A stretch of DNA of 64,000 nt from a candidate division WOR-1 bacterium RIFOXYB2_FULL_45_9 (GTDB taxonomy: Bacteria; Margulisbacteria; WOR-1; O2-12-FULL-45-9; XYB2-FULL-48-7), in assembly GCA_001771575.1 (NCBI GenBank), contig MEUD01000001.1:506984-570983 (forward strand). Reading direction: 5' to 3'. Positions within the stretch are counted from its first letter, which is position 1; each line of letters starts with the position of its first letter. Positions 56,854 to 64,000 of the stretch are shown here, in pieces. The notes beneath the pieces were generated by a model. That model searched no databases, had not been told where the DNA came from, and saw nothing but the letters and a program-made list of their open reading frames with translations. The position numbers were made by a program, and so were the translations under genes.

Positions 56854-56926
56854 AGCCGACGAGCGGGATCGAACCGCTGACCTGCTGTTTACGAAACAGC
56901 TGCTCTACCAACTGAGCTACGTCGGC
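56854..56926 (-). tRNA. tRNA-Thr(CGT)
   Basis: Cloverleaf GCCGACG...GCTGT-TT-CGT-AA-ACAGC...GGTTCGATCC; CCA not encoded. Confidence 0.95.
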
Positions 56927-56965
56927 AAGCTCGAGATTTGTATCAGTTTGCGCCACAAAAGTAAA

Positions 56966-57038
56966 AGCCGACGGCCAGAGTTGAACTGGCGACCTACTGA
57001 TTACAAATCAGTTGCTCTACCAGCTGAGCTACGTCGGC
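56966..57038 (-). tRNA. tRNA-Thr(TGT)
   Basis: Cloverleaf with ACTGA-TT-TGT-AA-TCAGT anticodon arm. Confidence 0.95.
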
Positions 57039-57043
57039 AAATA

Positions 57044-58474
57044 TTACCACCGGCTCATTAAAAGCCGGGCGTTATCATTGTGCGGCGCAACCCGCTTGGT
57101 GTCGATATCGACCATCCAGTCGAAAGATTCAAGCCCACCGCCGCTTTGCTCGCAAAGATAGCTGACCAGGAATTTCTCCCCCTGCCGCTTTATCTTCCAC
57201 CCCTTTTCAGCGATCGGGGTCCCGACCGACTTGGTCAGGCTAATGACCGATTTAATGGCCGCTTCGATCCTTGTCCCCTTGCTGGTCTTTTCATCCTTAA
57301 CGATCCGGAGCGAATCGTCCGCGACCATGGAAGGGACCGGCCCCACCGCCAGACTATTCGGGTCAACCCCTTTGATCTTTAAAGCGGCTAAAAGCTGAGA
57401 GTTTTGAGGATCAAATCTTAACCCTTCCCGCCAGGCATCCCTGGCTTCTGAATTAAGGCCAAGCTTTAGCAGGCTTTCTCCCAGGTCGACCCAGGCCTTT
57501 GTCGAATTGGGATCAAGGGCAAGCGCTTCGCGGTATGAAGCGACCGCCTCATGATAACGCTTGGCGCGATAGCGCAGGTTCGCTTGAGACAGAAATCTCT
57601 TGGCTAAAGCATTGGCGACGACCCGGCTGTTTATGTCTCGCGGGTTAAGCTGGAGGGCCTGCTTGATCGCTTCTGCGGCTGATACCAGGTCCCCATCGGC
57701 CGAATAACTCTTCGCCAGCCAGAGATAGCCTTTGATCAGTTGAGGATTTATCGTTACCGCGTCGCGGTAATACTTGACCGCGGCGGAATATTTTTTAGCC
57801 TGATAAGCTCTGAAACCCATGTAAAAGTAATCTTCGGTCGGCTCCTTCACGTAGGCGGCGGAGACCCATCCTTCTTTGCCGTCATCAAAGATGACTTTGT
57901 ACCAGGGAACTTTTGAGATGCCGATCAATATAGATCCGGTCGTCAGCTGACGGGTAGCCTGGCCGGAAAGGGCGGTGCAGGTCGAGGTCACGGTCAACGG
58001 CCAACCGGAGGTTTTAGCTTTTTCTCCCTTATTAATGGAGGAAACAGCGCGCGGGACCCAGCTCTGCTTTTCGACAAAAAACTCAACGGTTCGCTGGATC
58101 ACTCCTCCGCTTTTGCCAATGATCTTATAACGAACGACGTGAACTCCGACTGTCGCGGTATCCGGAAGAGAGTAGGTCGTGCTCCAGGACATATTATCAT
58201 TGGTGGAAAGATTGATCGGATTGGCGGAGAAATCGAAGGTCGCCTGAATTTCTTTGACCCTGGAAGCGGTCCGCACCCCTAAAGAGATGATTTTTTCGTC
58301 CTTGACAGTTTTGGGGTAAACTATCGCTTCGACCCAGACCAGGGATAATCCTTCGCCCGGTTCGGTGGGGCCGGCTTTTAGGCTGATATTTTCCCTGTCC
58401 CCGGAAATATCCAGAGAAAAAACGCTGCCAACGGCCAGGACCAAAAAAAGTAAAGCCAACCAACCTTTTTTCAT
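57044..58474 (-). CDS. Exported tetratricopeptide-repeat protein with SH3-like segment
   Basis: Signal peptide, WYKV...GKEGWV, several TPR helices (A..LDP/LNP). Confidence 0.8.
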   Translation of the reverse strand: MKKGWLALLFLVLAVGSVFSLDISGDRENISLKAGPTEPGEGLSLVWVEAIVYPKTVKDEKIISLGVRTASRVKEIQATFDFSANPINLSTNDNMSWSTTYSLPDTATVGVHVVRYKIIGKSGGVIQRTVEFFVEKQSWVPRAVSSINKGEKAKTSGWPLTVTSTCTALSGQATRQLTTGSILIGISKVPWYKVIFDDGKEGWVSAAYVKEPTEDYFYMGFRAYQAKKYSAAVKYYRDAVTINPQLIKGYLWLAKSYSADGDLVSAAEAIKQALQLNPRDINSRVVANALAKRFLSQANLRYRAKRYHEAVASYREALALDPNSTKAWVDLGESLLKLGLNSEARDAWREGLRFDPQNSQLLAALKIKGVDPNSLAVGPVPSMVADDSLRIVKDEKTSKGTRIEAAIKSVISLTKSVGTPIAEKGWKIKRQGEKFLVSYLCEQSGGGLESFDWMVDIDTKRVAPHNDNARLLMSRW

Positions 58475-58514
58475 TCAAGCACCCCCTCATTAATCGAAGT
58501 TAATTTATTTTTCA

Positions 58515-59162
58515 TCAATATGTCAGCAGAATATTGTCGACCCTGGTCTCGATCTCTCCTTTTGGTTGATTGGTCAAAACGATCATCTGGATCTTCAGCA
58601 GTCCGCCGGAACTCTCTCTCTGGTTCGGATTCCATTCGCCATCCCCGGCACCGGGATTTTCCAGCCGGAACGCGGTGAACGGGATCGAAACCCTGGTAAA
58701 TCCCCGCCCCAGGACAGGAACCTCCGCGACCCATTTATCGTCATTGGTCGGGATCCAATCCTTGTCCGAATCCTGCTCTAAAGCGTAATTATTATTATCG
58801 TCATCGAACAGTTCAACTTTGATCTTGCCTTCTCCGCCTGCCCCGTAAATATCCATTTGGATCCTGGAAAACAGGGTCGCGTCAACGTTCAGATCGCTCC
58901 CTATCCCGCCCACATAATAATTAAGCGAACTTCCTTTTAAACCCAAAGAATAGTCCCCGCAGGATTCATTGATCGTGTCGCGTCCCTCGGGGGTCCCGTT
59001 TTCAACTATACCAGCCGTCATTTCTCCGAATTTATACCACTTATCAAACCTGCCCGATTCAAAATTGTCGATCATAAAGAAAGACAATTCCGCGCTCGCC
59101 GCCACACCCAAGACCATCAAAAAAAACACGCAGACAAAGGGACGAAAACTTATCTTTATCAT
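58515..59162 (-). CDS. Exported carbohydrate-binding-module-like protein (CBM11/CIA30-like)
   Basis: Signal peptide, IDNFE, VSIPFTAF, VDNI. Confidence 0.6.
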   Translation of the reverse strand: MIKISFRPFVCVFFLMVLGVAASAELSFFMIDNFESGRFDKWYKFGEMTAGIVENGTPEGRDTINESCGDYSLGLKGSSLNYYVGGIGSDLNVDATLFSRIQMDIYGAGGEGKIKVELFDDDNNNYALEQDSDKDWIPTNDDKWVAEVPVLGRGFTRVSIPFTAFRLENPGAGDGEWNPNQRESSGGLLKIQMIVLTNQPKGEIETRVDNILLTY

Positions 59163-59668
59163 TTCTTTTTCATTGAAACTCTTTTTGGTTTTCGGTCCTC
59201 CTTTTTCTGGATTACCTTAAAGCGCTTACTGCTGGCGCTCACTAATTTAATGGATGCTTTTTGCCGCAGCAAAGCATTCTCCTGTTTGTGTTTTTCCAAT
59301 TCCAGGGCGCAGGCGGTATGACTATGCCGGAGCCCTTCTTCTGACCGCTTAATCTCCTCCGCCGCTTGAAGCTGGCATTGCATTTCCTGGTTCCGCCAGA
59401 TCAACCTTTCCTTATCGCGCTTGAGCTCGTTTACGAGGAAGATCAATTTTTCGATCTCTTCATTCGTTTCGATCTCCTCAAGAGCCGGAGAGCATTCGAT
59501 CATTCCGCCGGTTAGCTTTCCCCGTCGATAAAGATGGAGCCCTTTTATCGCGGAAAAAGTCGCCGCCGCTATCGTCGCGATCGAGGCCGCCAGCAACGCC
59601 GGGTTCCACAGCGAAAAACTCGGACCAGCTGATAAAACTTCCGAAAATGCCATGGCCATTAAGCTCAC
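59159..59668 (-). CDS. Hypothetical membrane-anchored coiled-coil protein
   Basis: One hydrophobic segment followed by a heptad-rich region. Confidence 0.65.
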   Translation of the reverse strand: MSLMAMAFSEVLSAGPSFSLWNPALLAASIATIAAATFSAIKGLHLYRRGKLTGGMIECSPALEEIETNEEIEKLIFLVNELKRDKERLIWRNQEMQCQLQAAEEIKRSEEGLRHSHTACALELEKHKQENALLRQKASIKLVSASSKRFKVIQKKEDRKPKRVSMKKK

Positions 59669-59693
59669 CTCTCTTTTGGAGTTATTTTAAAAA

Positions 59694-59766
59694 TGCCGCA
59701 GGGCGGAATTGAACCGCCGACGCACGCCTTTTCAGGGCGTCGCTCTACCATCTGAGCTACCGCGGC
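59694..59766 (-). tRNA. tRNA-Phe(GAA)
   Basis: Cloverleaf with ACGCC-CT-GAA-AA-GGCGT anticodon arm. Confidence 0.95.
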
Positions 59767-59771
59767 GCAAA

Positions 59772-59844
59772 TGACCGGCCTGGGACTCGAACCCAGCACC
59801 ACTTGCTTAAAAGGCAAGTGCTCTACCTGATGAGCTAGCCGGTC
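59772..59844 (-). tRNA. tRNA-Lys(TTT)
   Basis: Cloverleaf with CTTGC-CT-TTT-AA-GCAAG anticodon arm. Confidence 0.95.
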
Positions 59845-59852
59845 CAACCTTA

Positions 59853-59881
59853 ATTTTATCTTATCACATACCTGTTGTAAA
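59853..59881 (-). promoter_or_regulatory. Promoter of tRNA-Lys/tRNA-Phe
   Basis: TTTACA-17 bp-TAAAAT just upstream of tRNA-Lys. Confidence 0.65.
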
Positions 59882-59886
59882 GAAAT

Positions 59887-60897
59887 TTAATGTCGGGCTT
59901 CGAGCCAGCTCATCTTGAATTCGGACTGCTTTTTTTTGGTATTTTTCCACCACGATCTGTTTTCACGGTACCAAGAGATAGTTTCCTTGAGGCCGTCCTC
60001 AAATGATTTGGCCGGCCGCCAACCGAGTTTTTTGATCTTACCGCAATCAACGGAATAGCGACGATCGTGTCCGGGCCTATCCTTGACCGGCTCGATCCAT
60101 TTTTTCGGATCGAGATCAAGGGTTTCTAATATTATTCTGGTTATCTCCAGGTTCTGCCGCTCATTGCCGCCGCCAATGTTATAGACTTCGCCAATCTCTC
60201 CTTCGCGCAAGACCAGATCGATCGCCGAGCAATTATCCTCTACATAAAGCCAATCTCTGACATTCTTCCCATCGCCATAAAGCGGGACCTTTTTCTTTTC
60301 CAATAAATTCGTGATAAAAAGCGGGATTAATTTTTCCGGATATTGATAAGGACCATAGTTATTGGAAGAACGGGTTATAACCGCCGGGACCCCATATGTT
60401 TTGCAATACGAGCGAACGATCAGGTCCCCTCCCGCCTTTGAAGCGGCGTAAGGGGAATTGGGCTCCAGACCGGACCTTTCGTTGAACGAACCCCGTTCGA
60501 CACTGCCGTAAACTTCATCGGTTGAAATATGAAGATAGCGGGCGATCTTGTGCTTGCGAACCGCCTCCAGCAAGACCATGGTCCCAAAAACATCGGTCTG
60601 AATAAATGATCCGGCGGAAACGATCGATCGGTCGACATGGGTCTCGGCTGCAAAATTAACGATCAGCCCTTTCGCGCCAAGCCGGGAGACCGCTTTTTCG
60701 ACCGCTTTGGGGTCACAAATATCACCTTTGATAAACGAATATCGAGGATCGTGCTCAATATCGGTCAGATTTTCCAGGTTGCCGGCGTATGTTAGCTTAT
60801 CAAAATTAATAACCTCGACCTCTGAATAATTGGATAAAATATAGCGGATAAAGTTACTTCCGATAAAACCGGCCCCGCCGGCGACTAAAAGCCTCAT
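59887..60897 (-). CDS. rmlB: dTDP-glucose 4,6-dehydratase
   Basis: GGAGFIGSNF, DKLTYAGN, AAETHVDRSI, STDEVYG, DRPGHDRRY. Confidence 0.96.
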   Translation of the reverse strand: MRLLVAGGAGFIGSNFIRYILSNYSEVEVINFDKLTYAGNLENLTDIEHDPRYSFIKGDICDPKAVEKAVSRLGAKGLIVNFAAETHVDRSIVSAGSFIQTDVFGTMVLLEAVRKHKIARYLHISTDEVYGSVERGSFNERSGLEPNSPYAASKAGGDLIVRSYCKTYGVPAVITRSSNNYGPYQYPEKLIPLFITNLLEKKKVPLYGDGKNVRDWLYVEDNCSAIDLVLREGEIGEVYNIGGGNERQNLEITRIILETLDLDPKKWIEPVKDRPGHDRRYSVDCGKIKKLGWRPAKSFEDGLKETISWYRENRSWWKNTKKKQSEFKMSWLEARH

Positions 60898-61626
60898 TTA
60901 CCTCTCACCATTCTCCGCCAATTGAGTCGCCCGCTCAAGCGACTCGAATGTCCCGGCGTCGGTCCACCAGCCGCTGACAATATCAAACGTCAATCCGCCT
61001 TGTTTGGCGTAGTGCCGGTTTACGTCGGTTATCTCCAACTCTCCCCTGCCGGAAGGCTTCAGCTTTTTCACGACGTTAAACACTTCGGCGTCATAAAAAT
61101 AAATCCCGGTCACCGCGAACTTGCTCTTAGGACGTTTTGGTTTTTCTTCTATGGAAATTATCCGATCTCCCCGCATTTCCACTACTCCAAAGCGGCAAGG
61201 ATCGGCTACTTCTTTGATCAGGATCTTGGCGCCACGCGTCTGTTTTAAATACTTTTCCGCGAAAGGGGTCAAATCGTCCTGAAAAATATTGTCCCCCAAA
61301 ATAACGATCATTTTATCCGAGCCGACAAAATTTTTCGCCAGGCCCAGAGCCTGGGCGATGCCGCCGGCCTCGTCTTGGACCTTATATGTAAATTGGCAAT
61401 TAAATTCCTTCCCGCTCCCCAACAGATTGACGATATCCCCCATGTGCTCGACGCCGGTAACGATCAGGATCTCTTCAACCCCGGCGTTGGTCAATTTTTT
61501 TATTGGATGATAGATCATCGGCCAGCGACCGACCGGTAAAAGATGCTTATTGGTCACTTTGGTCAATGGATAAAGGCGTGAACCGGTCCCGCCCGCAAGA
61601 ATAATCCCTTTGATTTTTGGCTTCAT
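60898..61626 (-). CDS. rmlA: Glucose-1-phosphate thymidylyltransferase (short SpsI-like form)
   Basis: [41 protein letters not shown]. Confidence 0.9.
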   Translation of the reverse strand: MKPKIKGIILAGGTGSRLYPLTKVTNKHLLPVGRWPMIYHPIKKLTNAGVEEILIVTGVEHMGDIVNLLGSGKEFNCQFTYKVQDEAGGIAQALGLAKNFVGSDKMIVILGDNIFQDDLTPFAEKYLKQTRGAKILIKEVADPCRFGVVEMRGDRIISIEEKPKRPKSKFAVTGIYFYDAEVFNVVKKLKPSGRGELEITDVNRHYAKQGGLTFDIVSGWWTDAGTFESLERATQLAENGER

Positions 61627-62318
61627 GATTTATGTCCCAATACTTTTTTCTGGACCGCGATCAGCTGATGGATCGCCTTCCCCCCCTGGTCAACCAGTTT
61701 ATCCAGGGTCGCTTTGGAAAAAGGCTCCTGCTCCGCCGTCCCCTGGATCTCAACCAGCCGGCCGGAGGCGGTCATCACCAGGTTCAGGTCGACTTCCGCC
61801 TGAGAATCCTCGTCGTAGGCCAGATCGACCAGACAATCCGAATCAACCACTCCCACACTGACCGCCGCCACGAATTCCTTGATCGGCACGGGACCAATCG
61901 CGTCATACAGAGCGACAAAACTGCCGGTGATCGCCGCGGTCCTGGTCCCGCCGTCGGCCTGAATAACGTCGGCATCGATGATCACTGTCTTCTCCCCCAG
62001 TTTTTCCAGATCGACCACGGCACGCAGAGCCCGGCCGATCAGCCGCTGGATCTCGTGGGTACGTCCTTTGACCCGGCCGTTGCTTTCCCTCTGGTAGCGG
62101 CCGCTGGTCGCGCCCGGAAGCATCCCGTATTCCGCCGTGATCCATCCGGAGCCTGTTCCTCTTTTATGGTCAGGGACCTTTTCCTGGATCGACGCGCTGC
62201 AAATGACTTTGGTGTTCCCCATCTCGATCAAGACCGACCCGGCCGGATACTTCAGGTATTTTCTGATTATCCTGACCGGCCTGGTCTGATTGGGGGTCCG
62301 GTTATCAGATCTTTTCAC
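61623..62318 (-). CDS. rph: Ribonuclease PH
   Basis: [39 protein letters not shown]. Confidence 0.96.
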   Translation of the reverse strand: MKRSDNRTPNQTRPVRIIRKYLKYPAGSVLIEMGNTKVICSASIQEKVPDHKRGTGSGWITAEYGMLPGATSGRYQRESNGRVKGRTHEIQRLIGRALRAVVDLEKLGEKTVIIDADVIQADGGTRTAAITGSFVALYDAIGPVPIKEFVAAVSVGVVDSDCLVDLAYDEDSQAEVDLNLVMTASGRLVEIQGTAEQEPFSKATLDKLVDQGGKAIHQLIAVQKKVLGHKS

Positions 62319-62743
62319 TTCTCTTCCTTAACCTGGGTCGTTTTTGACAACTGCTCACGCCCCGCCTTGATCGTTCTCAATATTCTGACCGAGGTCGCTT
62401 CCAGATTGGCCAGAACTTCATCGGCGTATTTATCCGCTCCTCCGCGGATCTCTTTGGCCAGCTGGTAAGCCTGCTCAATTACCTCTTGAGTTTTGCCTTC
62501 AAATCCCTCTTTATGCGGCTCATGTCCCTCTCCTCCCACTTGAGAATGAACAGCCGCATCGCCGGCGTCATGGCGCACGATTGCCTTCTTGGCAAAGTCG
62601 GAACCGCCCTGCAAAACCAAACGGATCTTATCGATGATCGAAAGGACCTTCACTTCGTCAACAATAACTTTCTTGGAAAACGGGACTTTGGTACTGTCGA
62701 GAATAATCGATTCTAAAGTATCCAGCAAACCTAATATTTCCAT
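62315..62743 (-). CDS. Conserved coiled-coil hypothetical protein downstream of coaD
   Basis: [20 protein letters not shown]...[10 protein letters not shown]. Confidence 0.75.
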   Translation of the reverse strand: MEILGLLDTLESIILDSTKVPFSKKVIVDEVKVLSIIDKIRLVLQGGSDFAKKAIVRHDAGDAAVHSQVGGEGHEPHKEGFEGKTQEVIEQAYQLAKEIRGGADKYADEVLANLEATSVRILRTIKAGREQLSKTTQVKEEK

Positions 62744-62747
62744 GTTT

Positions 62748-63233
62748 TTAACGCGCTCCTTTTTTTAGCTTCTGCAGGCGCTTGGCGACCGGACCGGGGA
62801 CCAAACTGGAAACGTCACCGCCCAAACGGGCGATCTGCTTCACGAAACTGGAACTTAAATATGAATAGCGGTAATCGGTCATGAGAAAGACCGTTTCGAT
62901 CTCCGGCGCCATCCGGCGGTTGGTCAGCGCCATCTGAAATTCATAATCAAAATCGGAAACGGCGCGCAAACCACGGACGACCGCCCCAGCCTTTTTTTCC
63001 CGGACATAATCGACCAGCAGGCCGTCAAAGCTGTCGATCTCGACGTTATCGCAATGAAAAGAAGAAGATTTTAGCATTTCGAAGCGGTCCTTAAGAGAGA
63101 AAAAAGATCTCTTTTCCGGGTTCCTGATAATGGAGACAATGACCTTGTCAAAAAGCTTAGCAGCCCTCTCGATAACATCCAGATGGCCATTGGTGATCGG
63201 GTCAAAGCTTCCCGGATAAACTGCTATTTTCAT
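62748..63233 (-). CDS. coaD: Phosphopantetheine adenylyltransferase
   Basis: YPGSFDPITNGH, RGLRAVSDFDYE, LSSS. Confidence 0.97.
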   Translation of the reverse strand: MKIAVYPGSFDPITNGHLDVIERAAKLFDKVIVSIIRNPEKRSFFSLKDRFEMLKSSSFHCDNVEIDSFDGLLVDYVREKKAGAVVRGLRAVSDFDYEFQMALTNRRMAPEIETVFLMTDYRYSYLSSSFVKQIARLGGDVSSLVPGPVAKRLQKLKKGAR

Positions 63234-63784
63234 GTTGTGTAAAAGTTTAAGACTGTTTCCCCGTATTTGGCTTCCCGGTACAATTTAATTTTACCATAGA
63301 ACGGGTCCAATTGATGCTGTTTGCGGTGCTCCGCGATCAAAATTCCATCCGGCTTCAAAAGCTCCGATTCAGCGATCTTCTCAATGACCTTGGCAAGTAT
63401 CGGACTATCGTAGGGGGCGCCGATAAAAATCAGATCGAACCGTTCCCCTTTCCCAGAGAGCAAACCGATCGCCCTAAGGGCGTCGGCCAGAAAGACTTCG
63501 GCCCGCTCGCTAAACCCGGTCAGGGCTAAATTTTCCCTGATCAGTTCGACCGCCTTCCGGTTAAGCTCAACAAAAACCGCCCGGCTGGCGCCGCGAGACA
63601 GGGCTTCAATGCCGACCGCGCCGGTCCCGGCAAAAAGGTCGAGAAATTCGCTCTCGACCGCTTTCGCGGAGAGAATATTGAACAGCGCCCCCCTGACCCG
63701 GTCAGTTAAAGGCCGAGTGTTCGATCCCTTGGGGGTTTTCAGCTGACGCCCCTTGACCAGCCCAGCGATTACGCGCACTTTCAA
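63230..63784 (-). CDS. rsmD: 16S rRNA m2G966 methyltransferase
   Basis: RVIAG, TRP..DRVR.ALFNIL, LDLFAGTGAVGIEALSRGA. Confidence 0.92.
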   Translation of the reverse strand: MKVRVIAGLVKGRQLKTPKGSNTRPLTDRVRGALFNILSAKAVESEFLDLFAGTGAVGIEALSRGASRAVFVELNRKAVELIRENLALTGFSERAEVFLADALRAIGLLSGKGERFDLIFIGAPYDSPILAKVIEKIAESELLKPDGILIAEHRKQHQLDPFYGKIKLYREAKYGETVLNFYTT

Positions 63785-64000
63785 TGTCCTTTTCTATCAA
63801 CGCCTGGGCGGAAGCCCTGGCTTGTTGGATGATTTTTTCGTCCCTTATTATATCAGCAACCCTAAACGTTGGCAAACCAGACTGTCTGACGCCAAAAAAG
63901 TCTCCCGGACCGCGCAAACGGAGGTCGGCTTCGGCGATCTTGAAGCCATCGCTGGTCTCCACCATCGCTTTGATCCTGGCCTTGGCTTCCGGCGTTTTGG
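63702..64000 (-). CDS. recG: ATP-dependent DNA helicase RecG, C-terminal part
   Basis: DGFKIAEADLRLRGPGDFFGVRQSG. Confidence 0.93.
   Translation of the reverse strand, partial: KTPEAKARIKAMVETSDGFKIAEADLRLRGPGDFFGVRQSGLPTFRVADIIRDEKIIQQARASAQALIEKDIESARNRWAGQGASAENPQGIEHSAFN

Noticed and set aside
56792-59847. ORFs 56792-57061 and 59665-59847
   Set aside because: They overlap tRNA genes and are spurious translations

Overview
Bacterial chromosomal window with almost all genes on the minus strand. It is bounded by housekeeping genes: the dnaE 5' end on the left, and recG 3' end-rsmD-coaD-rph-rmlA-rmlB on the right. It holds four tRNA genes (Thr-CGT, Thr-TGT, Phe-GAA, Lys-TTT). About 2980-56802 is one very large Wzx/Wzy-type surface-glycan locus (wecA-like initiator, wzx, wzy, wzz, wza-like, many glycosyltransferases). 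Its sugar biochemistry is unusually rich: three NeuB-family synthases, four NeuA/SpsF-type cytidylyltransferases, a pseudaminic-acid core lacking PseG, LegB without LegC/LegG, GDP-rhamnose and CDP-sugar modules, three radical-SAM enzymes (one B12-dependent) and a 3-dehydroquinate-synthase-like cyclase coupled to a cytidylyltransferase. The ~46 kb co-directional core starts with an apparently leaderless Xis/BldC-like HTH gene whose promoter abuts 10-bp-phased GACTAG repeats. Other points of note are a probable ATT start codon and a REP-like palindrome family. No integrase, transposase or CRISPR array was seen. An uncultured Terrabacteria-related lineage (e.g. Ca. Saganbacteria/Margulisbacteria) is my impression only. 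All product calls come from motif recognition, not database searches.
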